Shown one piece after another: positions 51,019-60,939 of a DNA stretch of 64,000 nt. A program made the translations under genes and the position numbers. Source of the DNA: Patescibacteria group bacterium (lineage in GTDB: Bacteria > Patescibacteriota > Microgenomatia > UBA12405); contig JBMNON010000003.1 of assembly GCA_050943115.1 (NCBI GenBank), positions 28,565 to 92,564 of the forward strand, in the 5' to 3' direction. The notes beneath the pieces are model-generated. The model was given only the letters and a program-made list of their open reading frames with translations, ran no database searches and was not told the DNA's origin. The first letter of the stretch is position 1. Each line of letters begins with the position of its first letter.

Positions 51019-51057
51019 TTAGCAGTCATTGAAATTAAGTGCTAAATATCTTAGAAT
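51019..51057 (+). promoter_or_regulatory. CIRCE operator overlapping the clpB promoter
   Basis: TTAGCAGTC-N9-AAGTGCTAA (51019-45); TTGAAA(51029-34)-N17-TAGAAT(51052-57). Confidence 0.8.
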
Positions 51058-51062
51058 ATGGA

Positions 51063-53648
51063 ATGCCGATACCACAGTTTACCCAACTGACACTGGAAAC
51101 CATCCAAAGAGCAATTGGTGAAGCCAGAACCAGAAGAAACCCTTTGGTGGAGGAAGTTCACCTTTTAAAGGCAATGTCGGAAAGTGATGGGGTATCCAGG
51201 GAGATATTAAGACAGGAAGTCGATGATTTTCCTGATTTTTTTAGAGATATCAATAGTTGGCTGGGGATGATGCCAACTCTGGAAGTGAGTATCGGCGAAC
51301 CGCAAATGTCTTCAGCAGCCCAAAGGGTGCTGCAATCGGCCATAAACCAAAGCCAAAGACAGGGTGACGCTTACGTATCACAGGAAATGTTGCTTTGGGG
51401 TTTGGTGGAAAGCGGCGGTCATGAGTTAAGAAATTTGCTGAAGAAAAATGGGGTCAATGATACAAAAGTTAAAGAAGAAATTAGTAAAATTAGAGGAGAT
51501 AAAGCAGTGGACACAGAAACAAAAGAAGCAACATATAAAGCACTACAAAAATACACGACTGATTTAACAGCTCTGGCTAAAAACGGTAAACTGGATCCGG
51601 TAATCGGCCGGGAGGAAGAAATCAGAAGGGTGATGCAGGTGTTAACCCGCAGAACCAAGAATAATCCGGTTTTGGTGGGTGATCCGGGGGTGGGAAAGAC
51701 GGCAATAGTGGAGGGATTAGCAAATAGAATCGTAGGTGGAGACGTGCCGGAATCAATAAAAAATAAAAAACTACTATCACTGGAGATCTCTACCCTACTG
51801 GCTGGGGCCAAGTTTAGAGGCGAATTTGAAGAGAGATTAAAGAGCGTTATTGATGAAGTAACCCGAAGCGAAGGGCAAGTGATCTTGTTTATCGATGAAT
51901 TACACACGATAGTCGGGGCCGGAGGAGCTGAAGGAGCCGTAGATGCCAGCAACATGCTTAAGCCAGGGTTAGCCAGAGGTGTGTTAAGAGTAATCGGGGC
52001 AACGACGCTTTCGGAATACCGCAAGTATATAGAAAAAGATTCGGCACTTGAACGAAGGTTCCAGCCGGTAATGGTAAATGAACCTACGGTGGAAGACACA
52101 GTGTCGATACTTCGAGGCCTAAAAGAAAAGTACGAGATACATCATGGAATAAAAATTACCGACGCAGCTTTGGTAGCTTCAGCAAATTTATCAAACAGAT
52201 ACATCCGAGATAGGTTTTTGCCGGATAAAGCTATTGATTTAGTAGATGAGGCGGCTTCGAGCCTAAGAATTGACATGGAGTCGGCACCGTCAGTCATTGA
52301 TAATTTGGAGAGAAAAATCCGACAATTGGAAATTGAAGAAAAAGCCTTATCCAAGGAAAAAACTAAATCTACAAAAGAAAGACTACAAGAGGTAAGAAAA
52401 GAATTATCCAGTGAAAAAGAAAAAGCGGCGGCATTGCAGCTAAAGTGGAAACAGCAAAAGGATATGCTGTCGGAGATACAGGAAAAGAAAGAAGAACTGG
52501 ACAAACTAAGATATGATCTGGAAACTGCAGAAAGAAATTTGGAGCTGGATAAAGCAGCCCAAATTAAATATGGACAAATTCCAGAGACACAAAAAAAACT
52601 AGCTGAGACCGAGAATAGGTGGAAAGAATTGGATGATGAGGAAAAGCTGATTAAGGAAGAAGTTGATGAAGACGATATCGCCAAAGTAGTGTCCAGGTGG
52701 ACAGGGATACCGGCAACAAAGATGCTGCGGGCTGAAAGCGAAAAGCTAAAGAACTTAGAAAATATTATGGAAAAGAGAGTGGTAGGCCAGAGCGAGGCCA
52801 TAAAAGCGGTAGCTTCAGCAGTGAGAAGGTCAAGACTCCACATAAGTGAGGCAGAAAGGCCAGTGGCAACCTTTTTATTCCTAGGACCGACGGGCGTGGG
52901 AAAAACGGAAACAGCCAAAGCTCTTGCCGAGCAACTGTTTAGTGACGAGAAAGCTTTGATTAGAATTGACATGTCGGAATACAGCGAAGCTCATACGGTA
53001 GCCAGATTAATCGGGGCGCCTCCGGGGTATGTGGGCTTTGAGGAAGGCGGGCAATTGACTGAGGCGGTCAGGAGAAAGCCTTATTCGGTGATACTTTTGG
53101 ACGAAATAGAAAAAGCCAATTCGCAGATTTTTAATGTATTTTTACAGGTGTTTGATGAAGGTCGGCTGACCGACGGCAAGGGGCGGACAGTAGATTTTAC
53201 CAACACCGTTATTATTATGACTTCCAATATCGGGGCTGATATTATCCAAGCATTTGAGGGTAAAAAGGAAGAGGCCATGGAAGCGGAAGTGATCAGTTTG
53301 GTGAGGGCCAGTTTTAAACCTGAGTTTCTAAACAGAATCGACCAGATTATTGTATTTAAAAAACTTGGGGAAAAGGAACTGGCAAACATAGTGGAAGTAC
53401 AACTTGGCGAAGTTAGCGACAGACTAAAAGAACAAGGAATAGTCATGACAGTCAGCGATAAAGCCAAAAATTATTTAGCCAGAAAAGGTCATGATCCGGT
53501 ATTTGGGGCCAGACCGTTAAAGCGGTTGATTCAAAGCGAAATTCTGGACAAGATTGCCATGTTGATACTAGACCGGGAAGAAGGCGAGCCAACCGGAATA
53601 GTGGTTGACGAAAAGGCCGGAAAACTGACGGTAACACTAATGAATTAG
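51063..53648 (+). CDS. clpB: ATP-dependent chaperone ClpB
   Basis: [14 protein letters not shown], long coiled-coil M domain, [26 protein letters not shown]. Confidence 0.96.
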   Translation: MPIPQFTQLTLETIQRAIGEARTRRNPLVEEVHLLKAMSESDGVSREILRQEVDDFPDFFRDINSWLGMMPTLEVSIGEPQMSSAAQRVLQSAINQSQRQGDAYVSQEMLLWGLVESGGHELRNLLKKNGVNDTKVKEEISKIRGDKAVDTETKEATYKALQKYTTDLTALAKNGKLDPVIGREEEIRRVMQVLTRRTKNNPVLVGDPGVGKTAIVEGLANRIVGGDVPESIKNKKLLSLEISTLLAGAKFRGEFEERLKSVIDEVTRSEGQVILFIDELHTIVGAGGAEGAVDASNMLKPGLARGVLRVIGATTLSEYRKYIEKDSALERRFQPVMVNEPTVEDTVSILRGLKEKYEIHHGIKITDAALVASANLSNRYIRDRFLPDKAIDLVDEAASSLRIDMESAPSVIDNLERKIRQLEIEEKALSKEKTKSTKERLQEVRKELSSEKEKAAALQLKWKQQKDMLSEIQEKKEELDKLRYDLETAERNLELDKAAQIKYGQIPETQKKLAETENRWKELDDEEKLIKEEVDEDDIAKVVSRWTGIPATKMLRAESEKLKNLENIMEKRVVGQSEAIKAVASAVRRSRLHISEAERPVATFLFLGPTGVGKTETAKALAEQLFSDEKALIRIDMSEYSEAHTVARLIGAPPGYVGFEEGGQLTEAVRRKPYSVILLDEIEKANSQIFNVFLQVFDEGRLTDGKGRTVDFTNTVIIMTSNIGADIIQAFEGKKEEAMEAEVISLVRASFKPEFLNRIDQIIVFKKLGEKELANIVEVQLGEVSDRLKEQGIVMTVSDKAKNYLARKGHDPVFGARPLKRLIQSEILDKIAMLILDREEGEPTGIVVDEKAGKLTVTLMN

Positions 53649-53671
53649 CCACAATTTAGGGAATAAGTGCC

Positions 53672-54529
53672 GTGGTAGACTATGTAGTGTCGAGTCCAAG
53701 TAAGTTATACAACGATTACGGAGAGTACAACATTTGGTTTAACCAATTAAATTTGCCGTCACCATCAATCGAACATTCATGGAGAAGAACAAAGCTGCTG
53801 CTAGAAAAAGAAGCCGCAAGGGAAATTCAAAGGTTAATAAAAAACAAGAAAAAACAAATAAAAGTACTAGACGCCGGCTGCGGAAACGGAGCGGTGCTGA
53901 TAAGGTTGGCATTAAAATTTAAAGACGATAAATATGTGAGCTTCAGAGGAATCGACGTGTCAAAATCCTTTGTTGATTACAGCAATAGAGCGGCAAAACA
54001 CAAAAATGTAGCAGAGTCGACAAGATTTGAGTTGTTTGATATCGAAAAGGAAAAGATTGAGGGAAAATACGATGTAATTTTGAGCTCTGAAGTACTGGAA
54101 CATTTAGAGAACCCAGAAAAATTTTTGAGGAAGATGGCTAAGCCCTTAAACAAGGGAGGGGTGCTACTAATATCAACACCAAATAGCAATAATTGGTTAA
54201 AGTACCCGTTTATTTGGGCAAAAAGTTTGGTGGCAAGAATTAATAATAAAGAGTGGCAAGACCAGCTAATTAGTAAGGAAGAAAAATACAAGCTTTCAGA
54301 ACAAGAACAACATATTAATGTGCTAAATTTAAAGGAACTTAGAAATATTTCAAAAGCTGCAGGTTTAAATGTCTACTCTAATCCCAGAAGTACAACTTTT
54401 TTTGGAGGAAAGTTTCTGGATGATAATTTATTGTTGCTGGGGTTATCGATAGCTTTGGATTCGATTTTGAACTTATTGCCATTAAGCCAAGTAGGTTGGG
54501 ACCTGGTGGTATTTTGCAGAAAGGATTGA
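53672..54529 (+). CDS. class I SAM-dependent methyltransferase
   Basis: [20 protein letters not shown]. Confidence 0.9.
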   Translation: MVDYVVSSPSKLYNDYGEYNIWFNQLNLPSPSIEHSWRRTKLLLEKEAAREIQRLIKNKKKQIKVLDAGCGNGAVLIRLALKFKDDKYVSFRGIDVSKSFVDYSNRAAKHKNVAESTRFELFDIEKEKIEGKYDVILSSEVLEHLENPEKFLRKMAKPLNKGGVLLISTPNSNNWLKYPFIWAKSLVARINNKEWQDQLISKEEKYKLSEQEQHINVLNLKELRNISKAAGLNVYSNPRSTTFFGGKFLDDNLLLLGLSIALDSILNLLPLSQVGWDLVVFCRKD

Positions 54530-54582
54530 CTATAATATACGATTGGCATCGGAGTAATAAGGTCGAGGTAAAATAACATAAT

Positions 54583-54656
54583 GTGCCCGTAGCTCAATTG
54601 GATAGAGCATTCCCCTCCGAAGGGAAAGGTTGGAGGTTCAACCCCTCTCGGGCACA
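54583..54656 (+). tRNA. tRNA-Arg(CCG)
   Basis: GTGCCCG/CGGGCAC-A, TTCCC-CTCCGAA-GGGAA. Confidence 0.93.
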
Positions 54657-54667
54657 CAAAATTTTTT

Positions 54668-55132
54668 ATGGATAAAGAAAGAGTGTTAAGCTGCACTATT
54701 ATTGGAAGTTTTAGATTTAAAAGAGAAATTGATTTGACCAGAGAGGAATTAGAAGATAATGGGGTAAAAGTGCTGGCACCAGAAAGAGGTCGGGTGATCA
54801 TTCCCAGAAAAACTTTATTTAAGCCTAAAGAACAAATTTTTCGACCATTAAGTCAGGAGAGGGGCATGTCAATAAAGACGGTGGAGGATAAATTTTTGAG
54901 AGATATTGCCAGGTCAGATTTTGTCTATGTAGTTGCCGTTGACGGTTACACCGGAACAAGCGCAAGTATGGAAATAGGGTTTGTTTTGGGTGTAGGTAAA
55001 AGAATTTTTTCGAGTGAAAGAATTTATTTACCTTCTGACACAACAGTTGACAGAAGACGGCTGATTGAAGAGAACGTAAAGATCGGGTCGGTAATTGAAG
55101 CGTTAGGTGAAATGAGAGATGTATTAGAGTAA
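54668..55132 (+). CDS. nucleoside 2-deoxyribosyltransferase-like protein
   Basis: [30 protein letters not shown]. Confidence 0.65.
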   Translation: MDKERVLSCTIIGSFRFKREIDLTREELEDNGVKVLAPERGRVIIPRKTLFKPKEQIFRPLSQERGMSIKTVEDKFLRDIARSDFVYVVAVDGYTGTSASMEIGFVLGVGKRIFSSERIYLPSDTTVDRRRLIEENVKIGSVIEALGEMRDVLE

Positions 55133-55180
55133 TTGGCTTTAATAAAGCCAATTTTGTAGTAGAAATTGCTAAAATATGTA

Positions 55181-55930
55181 ATGAAAAATTCGGGAAAGTT
55201 AAAGGTAAGTTGTGTTATTCCAGCATACAATGAAGAAAAAACGATTGCGGGAGTTATAAGAGTTTGTTTACAAAGTGAAGATATTGATGAAATAGTAGTA
55301 GTAAATGACGGGTCCAGGGACGGAACGGCGAAAAAAGTAAAACAGTTCGTTGATGAAATAAAATTTATTGATTTAAGTGAAAATAAGGGCAAGGGAAATG
55401 CGGTGGCACAAGGAATTGAAGCCGCAAGTGGTGATGTTATTTTAATGTTGGATTCGGATTTAGTTAATATTAAAGAACACCATATTTATTCATTAATAAA
55501 GCCTATAAAAGACAAGATGGCGGACATGACGATAGGAAACTTGATGTGTTATGAAGACAGGATAAGTAATTTATGGCATTTTTCCGGGCAGAGATGTTTT
55601 TTAAAAAAAGAGGTCAAAAGGTATTTGAAAAAAATGAGGGAGACAAAGTATGGGCTGGAAGTATTTCTCAATGAAGCTTACAGAAAAAAAAGAGTTGTGG
55701 TCGTTCCCCTGCTGTTTCCAAATGATAAATACCATTTTATAAAAACAGAAAAACAACAAGATTGGATGGTGGGATACGTAAAAGAAATTTGGGATATCTT
55801 CCGCCAGACGGTGACGATCAGGACGGACTCCTATCGGGAGAAAATTGTAAGTGATTTTATTAAAGACATGTCTTCCTACCTCAAAATTCAGGAGAAAAAA
55901 ATTAAGAATTATATAAATGAGCTAAGATAG
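55181..55930 (+). CDS. GT2 glycosyltransferase
   Basis: IPAYNEE, NDGSRD, NKGKG, LDSDL, SGQR. Confidence 0.9.
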   Translation: MKNSGKLKVSCVIPAYNEEKTIAGVIRVCLQSEDIDEIVVVNDGSRDGTAKKVKQFVDEIKFIDLSENKGKGNAVAQGIEAASGDVILMLDSDLVNIKEHHIYSLIKPIKDKMADMTIGNLMCYEDRISNLWHFSGQRCFLKKEVKRYLKKMRETKYGLEVFLNEAYRKKRVVVVPLLFPNDKYHFIKTEKQQDWMVGYVKEIWDIFRQTVTIRTDSYREKIVSDFIKDMSSYLKIQEKKIKNYINELR

Positions 55931-56454
55931 TGATAAAATCGCGAATGCGCAGAGGAACAAAAATACAAGACAATTTGTACTACGACGAGAGATCGGCGGG
56001 AGGGATAGTTTACCGGGTGGATGAAGGCAAAAGGCAATGGCTAGTGATCAAAACGATATCGGGAAAAAGCAGCAAAAGAGACAAGCCGGTTTATAAGTTT
56101 CCAAAGGGACATCTGCAAAAAGGCGAGTTCCTGAAACAGGCAGCGTTAAGGGAGGTGGAAGAAGAAGGACAAGTAAAGGCACAGATTTTGTCAAAAATCG
56201 GTTCAAATAACTACATTATCTGGGACAAGCTGCGGAAAAGAAAAATTATTAAAAAAGTGACTTTTTTCCTGATGGAATACTTGGGCCAAAGTAACTTAAA
56301 ATATTTTGACAAAGAAATTGTGCTGGAGAGATCGTGGATGAGTTTTGAGGAGGCAAGCAGCAACTTGGAGTATGACTCGGAAAAAATACTTTTGAGAAAG
56401 GCAAAACAGCGACTAGATGGGATATTAAAGCGGGAAAAGAATACGAGAGGATAA
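55930..56454 (+). CDS. Nudix hydrolase (Ap4A hydrolase-like)
   Basis: SAGGIV, FPKGH...AALREVEEEG. Confidence 0.85.
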   Translation: MIKSRMRRGTKIQDNLYYDERSAGGIVYRVDEGKRQWLVIKTISGKSSKRDKPVYKFPKGHLQKGEFLKQAALREVEEEGQVKAQILSKIGSNNYIIWDKLRKRKIIKKVTFFLMEYLGQSNLKYFDKEIVLERSWMSFEEASSNLEYDSEKILLRKAKQRLDGILKREKNTRG

Positions 56455-56497
56455 GGCTAAAACAAGCATTTTGATGCTATACTATAAAGACCTTCAG

Positions 56498-56586
56498 GGA
56501 GGAGTCGCCTAGTGGTTCATGGCGCACGCCTGGAAAGCGTGTGTTCGGTAACGGACTCGTGGGTTCGAATCCCACCTCCTCCGCCA
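56498..56586 (+). tRNA. tRNA-Ser(GGA), encoded CCA
   Basis: GGAGGAG/CTCCTCC-G-CCA, CACGC-CTGGAAA-GCGTG. Confidence 0.96.
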
Positions 56587-56734
56587 ATTTGCAATAATAC
56601 TGTATCTTTCCATGTAATATTGGGGGTGCTACTCCCCTAACCAATTTATTATTTGTTCCTGTTTAGCTTCGATTTGGTTCCAGACCCATGTCCTTAGGGG
56701 GATGCAACTGTTATTTAATGTATTATTAAGATAT

Positions 56735-56753
56735 GCAGGGGTAAAACCCCTGC
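56735..56753 (-). terminator. hairpin after the YjzC-like gene
   Basis: GCAGGGGT-AAA-ACCCCTGC, 6 nt after the stop; weak U tract. Confidence 0.55.
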
Positions 56754-56759
56754 CAGTTG

Positions 56760-56930
56760 TTACTTTCCGTGCTTTGATCTGTCGACCAAGACGAATTGTT
56801 GTCGCGTACTGTGTCGGTTTGGTGGAGTAATATCACCTTTTGCAAGGGTATACTCCACTCTACTTCCAACTGCACGGAATTGACCGGAGTCGGGAGCTGG
56901 GTGTCCAGTACGAGCAATGATTTTTTTCAT
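56760..56930 (-). CDS. YjzC-like small protein (56 aa; not in the ORF track)
   Basis: MKKIIARTGHPAPDSGQFRAVGSRVEYTLAKGDITPPNRHSTRQQFVLVDRSKHGK*, AGGAG RBS. Confidence 0.7.
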   Translation of the reverse strand: MKKIIARTGHPAPDSGQFRAVGSRVEYTLAKGDITPPNRHSTRQQFVLVDRSKHGK

Positions 56931-57062
56931 TGTCTTTTCTCCTATTAAACAAATAACCGTGACCTCGGACTTGCGTCTTAAAGCGGCATTGTTTTAATAA
57001 GAGAATGGCTTCGGTTTTACCCCTTGGCTGATTTTATACCAATTAATTCATAAATAGGTATT

Positions 57063-58415
57063 TTAGTTCGTGTTTTCTTCGGACATAAATATCTGTTTGT
57101 CCTTTAGAATGAATCTAGTCTTAAATAGCGTCAATATTTCCTGCTTTTCTTCCGAGAATCCGGTTTTGAGAACATGAATTATATAGTCTCGAATTCGGTC
57201 TTCAGGTGATTTTTCCTTAATTATTGGGTAATCGAAGGCTTCAAGTTGTTGCTCAAAGATTTCCTGATGAAGAACGTCGGAGCGGAGCCGGTGATAACGC
57301 TCGACTTCTTGCTTCATTTTTTCATCAATGGCTTTTTGGTCAAATTCAATATCGTTTATTCTTGCCAATAGTTGTCTGACTAAATCATCTTCGGTAATGT
57401 AGGGTTGGTCACAGTCATAATCAACGGATCGGGTACAGTGGTAATAAACATGTCGTTTGAATTTTCCGTTAATTAGTTTCTTGAACTTTTCTTCGGCGGT
57501 AATACTGGCACCGCATTGACCACATTTAAGTAGCATTTTAAAGGGGAAGTCCTTTTTGCTCCAATCTCTGGGTGGTACTGCTAGCATCTTTTGGGCTTGA
57601 TCAAATAATTCTTTACTTATTAATGGCGGATGTTTACCCTTGTACCAGTGACCGCTATCTTCTGGGAATTCAAATTCACCATAGTAAAAATGTTTTCGTA
57701 GTACCCGATAGACTTCACTAATTGACATTCGCTTCCCTGCTCTAGTTCTGAATCCGGTTTTATCAAGCCAATATTTAATAGTCCGACCACTATGACCTTG
57801 ATTAACCACTCTTTCAAATATTTCTTTGATAATGGGTGCTCTTTGAGGATCAATATCAACATAGGCGATGCGGTTTTCGGTAAGACGGTTGATATAGCCC
57901 ACCGGAGCGGCACCAGGTCGCCAACCAGCTTCACACTTGGCTCTCAAGCCTCTTTTGACGTTGATACCCCGGTTGTCGTTTTCCAACTTAGCCTGAGAGC
58001 AGAGAATCATGAGGAGGAACTTTTCATTGGGATTGTCGGAAAATGATTGAGAGTATGTTTTGATGGTCTGGAGCTTGCCTTGATCCATAAGGTCTACTAA
58101 AGTCCCCAAATCGCCAGCATTACGGCTGAGGAGACGGTCAGGAGCCCATGTTAGTATGCCGTCAAATTGACCGCTACGAATATCCAGTAATAATTGGTTA
58201 AATACTGGTCTTTGAGCTGAAAGTTTAGCTGAGTGGCTTTCCTGTCTGATTTCTTTAATAAGCAGATTCTCCCTTTCTGCCAGTTCTTTCATCTCATTGA
58301 TCTGGGATTCGATTGACATGGCTTGACGCTCGTCGGATTCAGATGATTTTCGAGCATAAAGGCAATACCTTATTTGATTATTTTCCTCTATCTTTTCATG
58401 TTTTTTCTCTGTCAC
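57063..58415 (-). CDS. large serine recombinase (resolvase + recombinase + Zn ribbon)
   Basis: YARKSS, SIESQ, DRLLSRN, PVGY, YYGEF, H.PLIS.ELF, CGQCG...YYHC...C; start GTG 58415 inferred. Confidence 0.9.
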   Translation of the reverse strand: MTEKKHEKIEENNQIRYCLYARKSSESDERQAMSIESQINEMKELAERENLLIKEIRQESHSAKLSAQRPVFNQLLLDIRSGQFDGILTWAPDRLLSRNAGDLGTLVDLMDQGKLQTIKTYSQSFSDNPNEKFLLMILCSQAKLENDNRGINVKRGLRAKCEAGWRPGAAPVGYINRLTENRIAYVDIDPQRAPIIKEIFERVVNQGHSGRTIKYWLDKTGFRTRAGKRMSISEVYRVLRKHFYYGEFEFPEDSGHWYKGKHPPLISKELFDQAQKMLAVPPRDWSKKDFPFKMLLKCGQCGASITAEEKFKKLINGKFKRHVYYHCTRSVDYDCDQPYITEDDLVRQLLARINDIEFDQKAIDEKMKQEVERYHRLRSDVLHQEIFEQQLEAFDYPIIKEKSPEDRIRDYIIHVLKTGFSEEKQEILTLFKTRFILKDKQIFMSEENTN

Positions 58416-58476
58416 ACCAGAAGGGTATCGCAATTTTTTTGAAAGTCCAGGAGGGCTTGAGAGTATAATATTGATG

Positions 58477-58992
58477 ATGAAGGTTAATAAGAAGGCCTCG
58501 ATGATGTTAACAATTGGTCTGGCTTTATTGGTTGTGGTAATCGCAGGTATTTTAATTAATGGCAAGATTAATAAGGTTTCAGATCAAGAGATTGCCGCTC
58601 CCGGAAAGGACTGGCCATCACAGAGAAAGGTTGAGGATTACTTTATTGAGAGTTTAAGATTTACCCAGGAAGACTTGGAGAGACAAAAACAAAGAGAGGC
58701 GGTAAGTTTTCGGCCAGGAAATGGTTCAACGATAGAGGCGATTGTTAGCAATCTTCATTATTATGGATTTGTCAGAAGTGAAAAAGTACTTATGTATACT
58801 TTGGAACGGACAGAGGATAAAACTCCCGGAAATCCCGGTTTTTTAAGTGTCGGGAAAAACGGATCAGTTGATATTAATGCTAGTTATCGGATTTCAGAGA
58901 ATATGACAGCTTGGGAACTGGCTGACACGCTTTTAAATAAGTCGCAATATTTTGGCGACAATGATCCGTATCACTATATGTTCATGCCCTAG
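58477..58992 (+). CDS. membrane-anchored protein resembling the MltG/YceG N-terminal domain
   Basis: TM, F...GSTIEAIVSNL..YGFVRS, SYRISENMTAWELADTL. Confidence 0.55.
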   Translation: MKVNKKASMMLTIGLALLVVVIAGILINGKINKVSDQEIAAPGKDWPSQRKVEDYFIESLRFTQEDLERQKQREAVSFRPGNGSTIEAIVSNLHYYGFVRSEKVLMYTLERTEDKTPGNPGFLSVGKNGSVDINASYRISENMTAWELADTLLNKSQYFGDNDPYHYMFMP

Positions 58993-60554
58993 CCGAGTAT
59001 CCTATTCCAACCACCGTTAGATCGACGGATTTTTTTAAAAATTTGTTCGTCTTCGACATCAGCCCAATCTTTCCCTACCATATTGTCATAGACGGAAGGA
59101 CTTGTTATGTGCATGGTTATTGGACCTTGATTTGATATTTGGCTGTTGGGGGTAGCGAAGGCTTCGATAACCATCACGGTAAAAGCATCGACTAGATCAT
59201 CATACCTTTCGACACCAAAATTAACTAGCTGACCAACTAGGTCGGCAGAAATTGATCTGGGGAAGAATATGTTTCCATTTTTTACATAACTGCTGGCAAT
59301 ATTTAGTCTGGCTCTTTTATCGCTACCGTGAGGTTTAATTCCAATTGCCGGATAACCTGCTTTTTGAAGGTCTTGAATTAGAGATGCCTGATACGCCACC
59401 TGTTCGACGAGGATTTTTGTTTTATAGCTGGGATTAACAGTGTCAGATAAATGCTTTATCAGATCCCTAGTTTCGGGGTAACCAATTTTTTGGTTATAAA
59501 TGTCGGTTATGTAAAGGCAGTGAAAGTCTTTGGATTTGTATATGGCGCCAACAATTATGGCGGTATTGTCGGCGGTGTGTTTTTGAGAAATGGCCGGATC
59601 AATGGAGATGATATTGCCAGCGAAGCAGGCGGCAATATTTGAGGGAAGGGTGTCGTAATACCTTATCCAGTCATTTTTGATAATCCTGTCCTCGGGTGGC
59701 AGGATTTGTAACAAGTACTCCCGAGACCAAGCAATATCATTGCCAGTCTTTTTTCTTTCTTCGTCAATTTCCTGTTGACTGGGGTATTTTCCCGGCCAGG
59801 CGATTTGATTGTCCGGAGATATTAGCGGGTATTCAAAAAACTTACCACTCAAACTATGATTCATAATTCCGTTTTTAATTTTCATCATCAGGGAATCTTC
59901 GTGAAGTAAGTTGCCAATGACAATTAATTTAGTCTGTCTATCACCTAGGGGCATGACTTCTCCGGTAAACCAGTCAAAGGTTTGGTTTCTTATTTCCTTA
60001 TTTTTAACCGAGGCTAAATCTTCCAGATCGTCACACGCGATCAGGTCGGGTCGGTTGGATAGGTGACGGATACCGCGAATACTATCGCCGGTGGAGTAAA
60101 CACTTATCCTGATACCTGATTTTCCTAAAACGATGGAGAAGGAATTCCATTCATTGTTGGCCGGGTCGGCACTTAAATGGCCAAAATCTTTGATGAATAA
60201 TTGGTTGGTTTCCAGCTCCCGGCGAATATTTGACAATATAAGCTTGGCTTGTGCTTGGGTTTGGCTAATGATAACGATGAATTTCTTTTTGTGTTTGCCA
60301 ATAATTGACCAGAGAGGCAGGGCGAAGGTGACTAGAGTTGACTTGGCTGATCCCCGGAAGGCGACGATAAAAGCGTTTTTAAGGCTCTGGTCTTCGGCAA
60401 TACCGATAATGTCCTTTTGGAAGTCAGCTGTCTTAAATTTAACGTAGTCATAAAGGTAAATGTGAAAGAACCAATAAAAACTACTTATTGCTAGCTCTTT
60501 TCTAAGCTTTTGGTTATTAATTATCTGATTGATGTCCACTTTTTGATTGATCAT
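58989..60554 (-). CDS. phage terminase large subunit-like protein
   Basis: Walker A FRGSAKST, Walker B IACDDLED, IGN coupling motif, nuclease SIDPA...DDLVDA. Confidence 0.85.
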   Translation of the reverse strand: MINQKVDINQIINNQKLRKELAISSFYWFFHIYLYDYVKFKTADFQKDIIGIAEDQSLKNAFIVAFRGSAKSTLVTFALPLWSIIGKHKKKFIVIISQTQAQAKLILSNIRRELETNQLFIKDFGHLSADPANNEWNSFSIVLGKSGIRISVYSTGDSIRGIRHLSNRPDLIACDDLEDLASVKNKEIRNQTFDWFTGEVMPLGDRQTKLIVIGNLLHEDSLMMKIKNGIMNHSLSGKFFEYPLISPDNQIAWPGKYPSQQEIDEERKKTGNDIAWSREYLLQILPPEDRIIKNDWIRYYDTLPSNIAACFAGNIISIDPAISQKHTADNTAIIVGAIYKSKDFHCLYITDIYNQKIGYPETRDLIKHLSDTVNPSYKTKILVEQVAYQASLIQDLQKAGYPAIGIKPHGSDKRARLNIASSYVKNGNIFFPRSISADLVGQLVNFGVERYDDLVDAFTVMVIEAFATPNSQISNQGPITMHITSPSVYDNMVGKDWADVEDEQIFKKIRRSNGGWNRILG

Positions 60555-60939
60555 GTTTGGGTTTTGGTAAACTATTAACTCCGGACAGAATTAAGGCCTG
60601 TTTGATCAATCTCTCTTCTTGAGGTGTTAATTTATCGTCAATTTCTTTATCTTTGGTACTGACTTGGATCTTTTCGGTATAGTCGGAGTGGTGATTTTTC
60701 AGCCAGAAAATGATAGCCGTCAGGTTTTGCTCTTTAATGGCGGATAGAAGTTGGCTTTCGGCCAAATCGTTTATTAAAAGCGTGCCTTCCTGAAGGGCAA
60801 TACTGGCTTGTTTTTTAAACTCCTTGTCTTTCTGACACCATCGGTAGTAGGTGGCCCGACTGATACCTGATTTTTGGCAGGCAATTTGGATGATGGGGTT
60901 TATCCTTAACTGTTCGAGAATTGTTTTTTTATTTTTCAT
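60517..60939 (-). CDS. HTH protein, putative terminase small subunit
   Basis: IACQKSGISRATYYRW, AESQL, AIIFWLK; directly upstream of TerL. Confidence 0.7.
   Translation of the reverse strand: MKNKKTILEQLRINPIIQIACQKSGISRATYYRWCQKDKEFKKQASIALQEGTLLINDLAESQLLSAIKEQNLTAIIFWLKNHHSDYTEKIQVSTKDKEIDDKLTPQEERLIKQALILSGVNSLPKPKHDQSKSGHQSDN

Noticed and set aside
51419-53467. Long antisense ORFs opposite clpB (similar ones opposite groEL, gap and pilin)
   Set aside because: Ser/Phe/Leu-rich shadows of the coding strand with no recognisable motifs.
56726-56917. 63-aa ORF from the track
   Set aside because: An overlapping frame (56760..56930) has an ATG, an RBS and a family-like motif.
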